Source of the DNA: an uncultured virus (IMG/VR IMGVR_UViG_3300030104_003374)
Taxonomy: Duplodnaviria; Heunggongvirae; Uroviricota; Caudoviricetes
Strand: one strand, 5' to 3'
IMG/VR virus record: IMGVR_UViG_3300030104_003374
DNA: 64,000 nt
Part shown: piece after piece, positions 1 to 8,177 of the stretch
Position numbering within the stretch: the stretch's first letter is position 1
Layout of the letters: each line of letters opens with the position of its first letter
The notes under the pieces: model-generated
The model's database searches: none
What the model was told of the DNA's origin: nothing
Seen by the model: the letters and a program-made list of their open reading frames with translations, nothing else
Program-made: the position numbers and the translations under genes

Positions 1-58
1 GGGGGTCTAATATATAATACCCACTACAACTTATCACACATTATTTTTCCATATACCG

Positions 59-86
59 TTGTATCTAAAAAAAGTTATTATATTTG
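59..86 (+). promoter_or_regulatory. Bacteroidota sigma70-type promoter (-33 TTG / -7 TAnnTTTG)
   Basis: TTG at 59-61, TATATTTG at 79-86. Confidence 0.5.
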
Positions 87-148
87 TGTTGTTCAAATAT
101 ATTTTCATATTCTTCCTGAAGGGCTGCTCTAGTTAGTGGCCCTTTTTC
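87..148 (+). ncRNA. candidate ~60-nt small RNA
   Basis: promoter at 79-86 and terminator at 119-147 with no ORF between; contains TTTTCATATTC (anti-start-codon). Confidence 0.35.
119..147 (+). terminator. intrinsic terminator
   Basis: AAGGGCTGCT-CTAGTT-AGTGGCCCTT stem (two G-U pairs) followed by T run. Confidence 0.7.
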
Positions 149-180
149 TATGATAGTGTATGGGGAAATATTAAAATTTT

Positions 181-192
181 TTTTGTATATTA
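181..192 (+). promoter_or_regulatory. putative phage late promoter motif TTTTGTATATTA
   Basis: identical 12-mer upstream of genes at 233, 1904, 3372, 7176. Confidence 0.6.
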
Positions 193-232
193 GTATATAT
201 ATACGTATTTTAATAACTAAAAAAAAGAAATT

Positions 233-790
233 ATGCCAAGAGGTAAAGGAACATATGGATCTAAAGTAGGTAGACCATCCAAAAAAAAGAAAATGTACGG
301 AGGCGGTTCAGCTAAGTCTATGGCTAAAAACCTAGCTCCTATGAAAAAAGGTGGTGCCAAAAAGAAATTAAAGAAAGCTCAACCGGGTATTATAGCAGGA
401 GCAGCTCCAGCTGTAGGTTCAGCATATGATTCGGCTTTAAGAGCATTAGGCTTAGGAAAAGGAAAAGGAGCCGCAGGTGCAGGCGCAGGTGCATTTAAAA
501 AAGCTATAAGTAGCCTAGGAAAAGCAGCACTGCAACAAAAAAAGTTAAATGATGCCAAAAAAAAGGCAGCTATTATGAGTGCTACAGGACAGTTTGACAG
601 TGGTTCAGATAATTTAATGGAGCTGGAAATGTTGGCTGGAAAAACTCTTGATGGTACTATTGTAGATAACTTTGAAGGAAAAAGAGGGATTATAGAAGAT
701 TCACCTTCACAAGAAGTTAAAAGAAAGGGTGGTTCAGTAACACATGCTAAGAGTTACAGAAGCTCTAGAAAAAGTAATAGAACTTATTAA
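233..790 (+). CDS. Lys-rich basic protein, putative internal virion/DNA-condensing protein
   Basis: 185 aa, N-terminus MPRGKGTYGSKVGRPSKK paralogous to 22823 ORF; several xxxGG motifs. Confidence 0.65.
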   Translation: MPRGKGTYGSKVGRPSKKKKMYGGGSAKSMAKNLAPMKKGGAKKKLKKAQPGIIAGAAPAVGSAYDSALRALGLGKGKGAAGAGAGAFKKAISSLGKAALQQKKLNDAKKKAAIMSATGQFDSGSDNLMELEMLAGKTLDGTIVDNFEGKRGIIEDSPSQEVKRKGGSVTHAKSYRSSRKSNRTY

Positions 791-800
791 ACAGATAACT

Positions 801-1241
801 ATGGCAAGGTTAAAAAAATACCAAAAAGGTAAAGGTAATTCTCTTGACTTTTGGGGGGCTTTTACGGCTGGACCTAAAGCTGTTTATAGCGCAATTAAGA
901 AAGCTCCTAAAGCTATTGCTGACGATTATACAAAAGCTTATAATTACATTAATAAGGCAATTAAAGACGAATACGGAACTAAAAAAACAACAAGTAATAA
1001 TAGTAAGGGAGGTAAATTTAATTACCTTCCTAAAAATACTTATATAAGAAATCAAAAAGGAGGTATGGCAATGACAAATAAAGATCTTAATAAGATCCAA
1101 GCAGCAAATGAGAATAAAAATGTTATGTTCGGCATAATGAAAGATGCGTATAATAGACGTAAAAAGAAAAGAGGCGGTGCTACAAAAATGGGAATGGGCG
1201 GATCTTGTGGTAAAGTAATACTTGGTAAGAATCTAAGATAA
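801..1241 (+). CDS. basic protein with xxxGG motifs, hypothetical virion protein
   Basis: start moved to ATG 801 (MARLKKYQKG) to avoid overlap with upstream gene; NQKGG, KKRGG, MGMGG. Confidence 0.6.
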   Translation: MARLKKYQKGKGNSLDFWGAFTAGPKAVYSAIKKAPKAIADDYTKAYNYINKAIKDEYGTKKTTSNNSKGGKFNYLPKNTYIRNQKGGMAMTNKDLNKIQAANENKNVMFGIMKDAYNRRKKKRGGATKMGMGGSCGKVILGKNLR

Positions 1242-1465
1242 TGGGATTGTTTAACCCAAAGTGGAGACGTAAGTTAGATGTGCTCACATCATTAGCAACT
1301 GTAATCCTGGCATCTGTTTGTTTAGGGTTTTATATATATTGTTTAGTTACTGATCAATATTTACATAGTTGGTATTTAAAGATCGGTGTAGGTATAGCAT
1401 GTATTGGAGCATTAGGAGGAACTATAGCTCATGAACTAGATTATTATAAAAGAAAAAAAGATTAA
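1241..1465 (+). CDS. small two-TM membrane protein
   Basis: 74 aa, two hydrophobic stretches, basic C-tail, TAATG coupling. Confidence 0.65.
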   Translation: MGLFNPKWRRKLDVLTSLATVILASVCLGFYIYCLVTDQYLHSWYLKIGVGIACIGALGGTIAHELDYYKRKKD

Positions 1466-1467
1466 AA

Positions 1468-1845
1468 ATGGAATTGTTAATGTTTTTCCTAGCTGGCGTA
1501 GCAGAGGCTCATATGGATACATTACAGTTTCATTTTTATAGATCTAGATTTAGTTCATTCAATCACGCTTTTTGGAATCCGGAAATATCTTGGAGAAATA
1601 AGTACAAGCTTAATGATCCTAGATACGGAGCTAAGTTTCCAGGTTCTACTACAATATTTGTATTTTTAACGGATGCATGGCATCTAATGAAGTTCTTTAG
1701 AAATATCTTTTTATTTGTTGGATTGTTCTTTACATTAGGAGAAAACTATGGAAATCTTGGAGATGCTATTATAATAACTATAGTGTGTAGAGCTGTATAT
1801 GGTTTAGGTTTCTCTGCATTTATGAACAGATTACTTAGAAATTAA
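1468..1845 (+). CDS. membrane protein of unknown function
   Basis: 125 aa, hydrophobic segments, W/H-rich motifs (FWNPEISW, TDAWHL). Confidence 0.65.
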   Translation: MELLMFFLAGVAEAHMDTLQFHFYRSRFSSFNHAFWNPEISWRNKYKLNDPRYGAKFPGSTTIFVFLTDAWHLMKFFRNIFLFVGLFFTLGENYGNLGDAIIITIVCRAVYGLGFSAFMNRLLRN

Positions 1846-1852
1846 AAATATT

Positions 1853-1864
1853 TTTTGTATATTA
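1853..1864 (+). promoter_or_regulatory. putative phage late promoter motif TTTTGTATATTA
   Basis: exact 12-mer, intergenic, upstream of ATG 1904. Confidence 0.6.
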
Positions 1865-1903
1865 ATATTAGTATACTAATTGAGAATTTATAAATTTAAA
1901 AAA

Positions 1904-2500
1904 ATGGCACTTAAAAAAATAATTCCTTCTTCCCCAAATGCAAACCTTTTGAAGGGAGAAGATATGACTCCTTTAAAAGTAGGAGATTGGAACAACGATT
2001 TAAAAGCACAGATAGCAGCAGAGTTAGCAACAAAAGCTGATTCAGCATCACCTACCTTTACAGGAACAGTTACACTATCAGCTCTAACAGACTTAACACC
2101 AACTCTTGAGGTTAAGACTACTAACTTTGCAGCAGAAGCTGGAGTTGAGTATATTGTTAATAAAGATGATGGAGCAGCAATAACTCTACCAGATGCATCA
2201 GCAGGCGCAAGAATAACTATCTTACTAGGAGCTAAAGTAACTAGTAATACAACTACTATTACTGCAAATTCAGGAGACTTACTTAAAGGTTATGGAATGC
2301 TTAATAGTCATGTAGGCGGAGGAGACGCTATATCTTATTTTGCTCCAGATGGAACTGATGATTTAATTATCACATTAAATGGTACTACAACTGGAGGACT
2401 AATCGGTGATAGAATTGAGTTAGTAGGTATTTCTGATACAGAGTGGAGAGTACGTGCAGAATTAGGTCATTCTGGTACTGCAGCAACTCCATTCTCATAA
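1904..2500 (+). CDS. putative fibre/decoration structural protein
   Basis: ATG 1904 preferred to TTG 1880; ASPTFTGTV and ITLPDASAG motifs typical of phage fibre proteins; T/G/A-rich beta content. Confidence 0.55.
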   Translation: MALKKIIPSSPNANLLKGEDMTPLKVGDWNNDLKAQIAAELATKADSASPTFTGTVTLSALTDLTPTLEVKTTNFAAEAGVEYIVNKDDGAAITLPDASAGARITILLGAKVTSNTTTITANSGDLLKGYGMLNSHVGGGDAISYFAPDGTDDLIITLNGTTTGGLIGDRIELVGISDTEWRVRAELGHSGTAATPFS

Positions 2501-2530
2501 TCTAATTAAAAACATTATAAATTTAAAAAA

Positions 2531-3241
2531 ATGGAAAAGTATTTTCAATTTCAGCTAAGACCTGAAGCATCTAGCCCTCCTGTATTTCAACTTGTAAATA
2601 TGAGTGATGTTAAATTTCTTTGGGTAAAAGATTCTACACACTTATTTTTTATAAGTAACAATATTGATAATTCAGCAGGATTAGTCCTTACAGGATCTTT
2701 AGAAAACAGTGCTGAGTATATTAAAGTTTATCTTGAAAGAGAGTGGCAGCAATTAATAAATTCAAATGATAAAATAAGAGTTATACCATCTATATTACCT
2801 GTTACTGTACCAGTAGATGGTGGAGATTGTGCACTTAATACTTGGGAGTTATGGGAACTACTACCTACTTTTGGTGAAGGACCTGAAGGATGTGCAACAA
2901 TATTAGATGTAGCAATTGCAGAAGTTAGTGGAGGAGAAGGTACTATTACTATTGGTTCTCCAATTGCAATAGAAGGTGTTACAGGATTTTTTGCTCAAGC
3001 AACAGATACACCATGCGGGACTCAAGATATAGCATTTATTACAGGTGTAGAATGTGGAGATAAAGGAGATGAAGTACCTCTTCCAGGACTTGAAAACTAT
3101 AGATTTACAGGTACTAAAATAACTTGTACAACTGAAGGAGGAGATGAGGTTAACTATTGCTTAATAGCAAAACCAGTAGCTGGAGAAGCTACCACAGGAA
3201 CTCCTACAATTACTCTTAGTATACAAGAGGTGTTAAGATAA
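2531..3241 (+). CDS. hypothetical acidic beta-rich protein, probably structural
   Basis: 236 aa ORF, G/T/E-rich C-half with several Cys. Confidence 0.55.
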   Translation: MEKYFQFQLRPEASSPPVFQLVNMSDVKFLWVKDSTHLFFISNNIDNSAGLVLTGSLENSAEYIKVYLEREWQQLINSNDKIRVIPSILPVTVPVDGGDCALNTWELWELLPTFGEGPEGCATILDVAIAEVSGGEGTITIGSPIAIEGVTGFFAQATDTPCGTQDIAFITGVECGDKGDEVPLPGLENYRFTGTKITCTTEGGDEVNYCLIAKPVAGEATTGTPTITLSIQEVLR

Positions 3242-3284
3242 CTTTATAATAAAAAGCTCATAATTAATAATTTAATTGGTTATC

Positions 3285-3314
3285 AAGGCCCTGGATGTAT
3301 TTCCGGGGCTTTTT
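3285..3314 (+). terminator. intrinsic terminator
   Basis: AAGGCCCTGGA-TGTATT-TCCGGGGCTTTTT. Confidence 0.75.
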
Positions 3315-3330
3315 GCATATATAGAAAGTT

Positions 3331-3342
3331 TTTTGTATATTA
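3331..3342 (+). promoter_or_regulatory. putative phage late promoter motif TTTTGTATATTA
   Basis: exact 12-mer directly after terminator, upstream of ATG 3372. Confidence 0.6.
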
Positions 3343-3371
3343 TAATATATATCATCTGAAAAAATTATAAC

Positions 3372-4130
3372 ATGTCTATTGGTAACGTAAAAACAACAGG
3401 TAGTAAAGGAAGTAACTGGCCATGGCAATATGCCATGATAAAAACATTAAATAGCATCTCTTCTAGTCTAGGTGCGAGTACAGAGTTTGAATCTAGACTG
3501 GTGAGATTAATTGCCTCTCCGTATACATTATACTTAGAGGTAAGAGTTTGGGATGTAGATAGTAATGCTTGGGATGGTACTCCAAAGTATTATGAAGTAG
3601 GGAGTAATACTCCTGTAGCTTTAAATCCTGCTGATGTACAATATGCTGATGAAGATAACGCTTTAGTATTAGAAGCAATTAAAACTGCATGTGAAACTAC
3701 AGCTACTGAAACTACTAGTATTGATACAAGCAATGCTGCTATATTAGCTATGAATACAGATATTCTTGCAAAGAATACTGAAATAGAAGTTGATACCTCT
3801 GCTATTGATACATCAACTGCAACTACAGCTGCTAATACTACAGCTATAGAGCTTGATACACGTTCTCTTAATGATACTACGGCACTGCCCTCAATTTCAA
3901 GATCTGGTACATCAGGTTTAGTAACAATTGCTGCTTCTATGAAGTCTGTATCTTTTTATAATGCAGGTACTCCAAATGCACATGTTTTAGGAATAGTTCT
4001 TAAACCAGGAGAGACTGTAAATTTTGATGCGGGTGGTAATATGAATAAGTTTGCCGCAAGTACTTTTGACTATGATCCAGATCCAGGAGCATTAGGTGGA
4101 GGAGATCTTTTGGTGATATATGTAGCATAA
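3372..4130 (+). CDS. putative fibre-like structural protein
   Basis: 252 aa; Thr/Ala heptad-like stalk (TSIDTSNAAI, TSAIDTSTA) and beta-rich C-terminal domain. Confidence 0.55.
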   Translation: MSIGNVKTTGSKGSNWPWQYAMIKTLNSISSSLGASTEFESRLVRLIASPYTLYLEVRVWDVDSNAWDGTPKYYEVGSNTPVALNPADVQYADEDNALVLEAIKTACETTATETTSIDTSNAAILAMNTDILAKNTEIEVDTSAIDTSTATTAANTTAIELDTRSLNDTTALPSISRSGTSGLVTIAASMKSVSFYNAGTPNAHVLGIVLKPGETVNFDAGGNMNKFAASTFDYDPDPGALGGGDLLVIYVA

Positions 4131-4133
4131 GTC

Positions 4134-5867
4134 ATGCCTGTTTCTATTAACACACATAAAAGTCTAGGGGTAGGTGTACATACTCATATTGTACCTCCTT
4201 CCACACCTACTCATGATTCTGCTTTAATATTAAAGTACACAACTACAACTCCTTCTGAAAGTATTGAGATAAGATCTCGTACTACCAATAACTATGATGT
4301 AGACTGGGGAGATAGTTCTCAAGATACAGGCGTAACTGCAACAACAAAAACTCATACATATGCAGCAGCAGGAACATATACTGTAAAAATTACAGGATCA
4401 TTTCCTCAACCTTATTTCGGAGACATGTCTGCTGCTAATAGAGCAAAACTTGTTGAAATGTCTAATTGGGGAGATATTCAATATACCTATTTATGGGATA
4501 CATTTAAGAACTGTTCTAATATGCAATATACTGCTACAGATGCTCCTGATCTTTCAACAGCTCCTGCTAATACATCTAGTATGCTTAGAGGACTTTTTCA
4601 AAATTGTGATGGTATAACAGGAGCTGTAGATTTAACAAATTGGACTGATTTAGAATGTGTAGGAAGTTTTGGATTATATCAAATGTTTAGAGGTTGTCAT
4701 AATATAGATTCTATAAATTTATCAGGATGGACTTTAACTCACGGTGATGATTGCAGAGAAATGTTTTATCAAGTTGGAACAGGAACAACTAATGGATGTA
4801 CTTTTATATTAGATAATATGACTTGGTCTGACAATAGTAGTTTTCAAGCTAATTGGCAATTAGCTAAGATTAATACTATAAGTTTAGATAATTGGGTATT
4901 AGATTCTGTATCATCAGTTGTTTTAACTGCTATATTTAAAGAGTCAACTTGTCCACATGCTACTTTTACAGTAGATTTATCAAGTTGGAGTAATACTTCA
5001 CGAATATCTAAGATAGCTCAAGCATTTTGGGGTTCTGACATTACTTCTATTAATACTACAGGTTGGGATACAAGTAATATAACAGATATTTCTTTTGCTT
5101 TTTATGAAGCCTACGATTTAACAGAAATAGTAGGATTAAGTGGTTGGAAAGGAGATAGTATTACAACTATGAGAGCAGCATTTCAAGATGCTCAAAGATT
5201 AAGTTTTGCCACTCATAACTTTGATTCAACTTTATGGGGTGCATCATTAACAAATTTAACAAATCTTCTTAGTACTTTTAGAAACTGTTCACTACTTGTA
5301 GGTGGTCCACCAATGAATGTAACAGGTTGGGATACATCTAATGTAACTACTATGGAAAGTACATTTTTTACTACTGTTTTTTCAGGAAGCATTGATGTAT
5401 CATCTTGGGATTTTTCTTCAGTTACCACTTTAAAAGGTTTTATGAGGTCAAATTCTGGAACAACAAGTGCAACCTTTAGTAATCTTTCTAGCAGTTGTAC
5501 AACTTTTGATACAATATTTTTTGGGGCAGTTTCTGTTCAAACTGTAATATTTGATAGCTCATGTGATTTAAGTGGTGTAACAACTTGGAGCAACGGGTTT
5601 AACCTTGCTGCTTCATTAACAACATTAACTCTTGATGCAAGTGCAAGTATTGCAGGAACAACAAATATGACAGCAGCATTTAATACGGCACCTTTAAGCA
5701 TAACATCATATGATAACTTTTTAATTAGAGCCGCTGCAACAAATACTAATAGTGTAACATTAGGTGCAAACGCTTCTTCATTTACATGTGCTCCATCTGC
5801 AGCAGCTACAGCAGAAGCTACATTATTAGCAGCAGGATGGACTATAACAGATTTAGCTTGTACATAA
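4134..5867 (+). CDS. PKD domain plus BspA/DUF285-type repeat protein, candidate adhesin/receptor-binding protein
   Basis: VDWGD..THTYAAAGTYTVKITG (PKD-like) then WDTSNITDISFAF, WDTSNVTTMESTF, WDFSSVTTLKGF repeats. Confidence 0.75.
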   Translation: MPVSINTHKSLGVGVHTHIVPPSTPTHDSALILKYTTTTPSESIEIRSRTTNNYDVDWGDSSQDTGVTATTKTHTYAAAGTYTVKITGSFPQPYFGDMSAANRAKLVEMSNWGDIQYTYLWDTFKNCSNMQYTATDAPDLSTAPANTSSMLRGLFQNCDGITGAVDLTNWTDLECVGSFGLYQMFRGCHNIDSINLSGWTLTHGDDCREMFYQVGTGTTNGCTFILDNMTWSDNSSFQANWQLAKINTISLDNWVLDSVSSVVLTAIFKESTCPHATFTVDLSSWSNTSRISKIAQAFWGSDITSINTTGWDTSNITDISFAFYEAYDLTEIVGLSGWKGDSITTMRAAFQDAQRLSFATHNFDSTLWGASLTNLTNLLSTFRNCSLLVGGPPMNVTGWDTSNVTTMESTFFTTVFSGSIDVSSWDFSSVTTLKGFMRSNSGTTSATFSNLSSSCTTFDTIFFGAVSVQTVIFDSSCDLSGVTTWSNGFNLAASLTTLTLDASASIAGTTNMTAAFNTAPLSITSYDNFLIRAAATNTNSVTLGANASSFTCAPSAAATAEATLLAAGWTITDLACT

Positions 5868-5879
5868 AACATAAAAAAT

Positions 5880-6176
5880 ATGCCAGCACAATTTAACATA
5901 AATGAAATAACAATTAATAATCCTAATAGATGGTTCTTTGTAATGAATGGTGAAGGAGAAGCAGGTCTTGTAGTATTTGGTTATGCAGGAGATCAAGGAG
6001 CTACAAGAGTTAGAACAGGTCAACCTACTATTAATGCTTTTTTAACTGAAGATGAGTTAGAATCATTTGTAAATGAAGATGTGGGTATTGATGACTATTA
6101 TAAGCTACAAGCAGAAACTTTAGGTAATAAATTTCAAGGACCTTCAAGTAAGTATACTCCTACTCCACCTGAATAA
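5880..6176 (+). CDS. hypothetical protein
   Basis: 98 aa ORF with A-rich start context. Confidence 0.55.
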   Translation: MPAQFNINEITINNPNRWFFVMNGEGEAGLVVFGYAGDQGATRVRTGQPTINAFLTEDELESFVNEDVGIDDYYKLQAETLGNKFQGPSSKYTPTPPE

Positions 6177-6197
6177 AAGAAATTAAAAAAAAGAAAA

Positions 6198-7112
6198 ATG
6201 AAAATAATAGAACATGCTTCTAACATCCACGAAATTGTAATGGATGGGAAAGAGGCTAAAATTGCTATGCTTAGTGATATACATTGGGATAATCCTAAAT
6301 GTGATAGAGCATTACTTAAAAAAGATTTAGAATATTGTAAAGCTAACAATATACCAATACTAATAAATGGAGACATGTTTTGTCTCATGCAAGGAAGAGG
6401 TGATAATAGAAAGAATAAGTCTGACATAAGACCTGAACATAATAATGCTAAATATTTAGATTCAGTTGTAAATACTGCAGTTAAGTGGTGGGGTCCTTAT
6501 GCTCATTTAATTGCAGTAATAGGTTACGGTAATCATGAAACAGGAGTTCTTAAATGGCAAGAAACTGATATACTAGCTAGATTTGTAAAACTTTTAAATT
6601 ATGAAAATAATACAGAAGTTAAAGTAGGTGGTTATGGAGGATGGCTTGTTGTAAACCAAGCTTTATCAAGATTTAGTACTGAAGAGGGATCAGAAGAAAA
6701 AGAAAAAGGTGGTAGCAGTAAATCAGCATTAATTAAATACTTTCACGGATCTGGTGGTGGAGGTGTAGTGACTAAAGGTGCACTAAACCTTACTAGAGCT
6801 TTAGAAAAGTATGAAGACTTTGATGTATTTACTATGGGTCACATACATGAGAACTCTGCAAGAAATGATGTAAGAGATACTATATTAAGAGGTAGAAGTC
6901 AATATAGACATTTACAAAAACAGCTTCACTTAATGGTTACAGGTACGTATAAAGAAGAATATGCTGATGGTTCTAAAGGTTGGCATGTTGAAAGAGGTGC
7001 TCCAGTTAAGCCACTAGGCGGTAGAATATTAAAGATAAGCTATAAAAGAAAACGCAATGGTGGAGTTGACCGTTATGACAGAAGGATTGATAGTTCAAAG
7101 TTCCCTTTGTAA
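6198..7112 (+). CDS. calcineurin-like metallophosphoesterase
   Basis: motifs SDIH, NGD, GNHE, FHG, GHIH in canonical order. Confidence 0.85.
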   Translation: MKIIEHASNIHEIVMDGKEAKIAMLSDIHWDNPKCDRALLKKDLEYCKANNIPILINGDMFCLMQGRGDNRKNKSDIRPEHNNAKYLDSVVNTAVKWWGPYAHLIAVIGYGNHETGVLKWQETDILARFVKLLNYENNTEVKVGGYGGWLVVNQALSRFSTEEGSEEKEKGGSSKSALIKYFHGSGGGGVVTKGALNLTRALEKYEDFDVFTMGHIHENSARNDVRDTILRGRSQYRHLQKQLHLMVTGTYKEEYADGSKGWHVERGAPVKPLGGRILKISYKRKRNGGVDRYDRRIDSSKFPL

Positions 7113-7132
7113 ATTTCTATAAGTTAAATATA

Positions 7133-7144
7133 TTTTGTATATTA
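7133..7144 (+). promoter_or_regulatory. putative phage late promoter motif TTTTGTATATTA
   Basis: exact 12-mer upstream of lysis cassette (ATG 7176). Confidence 0.6.
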
Positions 7145-7175
7145 TAGTATATTTATTTATTTATAAGAATGCGAG

Positions 7176-7499
7176 ATGGAAATTACAAGTATGCAGATAG
7201 GTTTTGACGCTTTAGTGTCATTACTTTCAGCTTTAATAGGAGCTTTAACAGTATGGTATAGTCTAAAGAATAAAGTTGCTATCCAGCAAGTAGTCTTAGA
7301 AAATCTTAAGCAAGACATGGAAGAGATTAAAGCAACTAAAAAAGAGTCACAAATAACACTGCATAAAAGAATTGACATCTTAAAAGATCAGGTAGAAGAA
7401 AACAGATCTAAGAATGAAGCATCTATTTCAGAACTTAAAACTGAAATGGGTCAAATGGAACTTAGAATTATTCAAGCTATACATGCAAGTAAAAAGTAA
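7176..7499 (+). CDS. single-TM coiled-coil protein of lysis cassette (holin/antiholin-like)
   Basis: N-terminal TM ALVSLLSALIGALTVWY then heptad coiled coil. Confidence 0.55.
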   Translation: MEITSMQIGFDALVSLLSALIGALTVWYSLKNKVAIQQVVLENLKQDMEEIKATKKESQITLHKRIDILKDQVEENRSKNEASISELKTEMGQMELRIIQAIHASKK

Positions 7500-7953
7500 A
7501 CATATAATATTTAGTTTACTACTTTTATTAACACTTATTTCTTGTAGTCCAAAAGCAAGATTTACAAGACTAGTAGAAAAACATCCATATCTATTAACTA
7601 TAGATAGTGTAGAAGTAGTAGATACTGTAAGACTTACTGTAGAAAAGGTAGAACATGATACAGTATTCTCTCAACATTTCTGGACTGAGATTAGAAAAGA
7701 TACTTTAGTTATAGAAAAGGAAAGACTAAGAATTGAAATATATCATGATACTATTCATGATTCTGTTTATATCAGTGGTAAATGTGATACTGTAACAGTA
7801 GAAAAGATTATAGAAAGAAAAATACCTGTAAAGTATTATGAAAAAACTCCTAAGTGGAAACAACTTATAAATAAAGGAATATATCTATCTTTAATATTGT
7901 TGATCTTATATGGCATATATAGATTATGCAAATTCTTAAAAACTAAATTATGA
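7483..7953 (+). CDS. putative unimolecular spanin (lipoprotein with C-terminal TM)
   Basis: start at ATG 7483: MQVKSKHIIFSLLLLLTLIS-C lipobox; beta-rich DTV/DSV/DTI repeats; C-terminal TM GIYLSLILLILYGIY; in lysis cassette. Confidence 0.6.
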   Translation: MQVKSKHIIFSLLLLLTLISCSPKARFTRLVEKHPYLLTIDSVEVVDTVRLTVEKVEHDTVFSQHFWTEIRKDTLVIEKERLRIEIYHDTIHDSVYISGKCDTVTVEKIIERKIPVKYYEKTPKWKQLINKGIYLSLILLILYGIYRLCKFLKTKL

Positions 7954-8177
7954 AAATTTTCTTTAAACAATTATTAAGTGATGAGTCAGGAAATTACTCA
8001 TCTAAGAGATTATCCGGATTAATATGTATATTTGCTCTTGTAGCGTGTTTAATAGCTAATACGTTTAGTCCTGAAGAGATCAGACCAGCTGAGTATCTAG
8101 TAGATGCTGTAGCTTTATTTGCATTTGGTGCATTAGGTCTTACATCAATGGATAAATTTAGTAAAACAAAAAAATGA
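7950..8177 (+). CDS. holin
   Basis: 75 aa, SSKRL then two TMs, basic C-tail, directly upstream of endolysin. Confidence 0.7.
   Translation: MKIFFKQLLSDESGNYSSKRLSGLICIFALVACLIANTFSPEEIRPAEYLVDAVALFAFGALGLTSMDKFSKTKK

Noticed and set aside
1..22. Genome terminus or packaging site at GGGGGT..ACCC
   Set aside because: Only a 4-bp stem at the window edge; untestable without flanking sequence or reads
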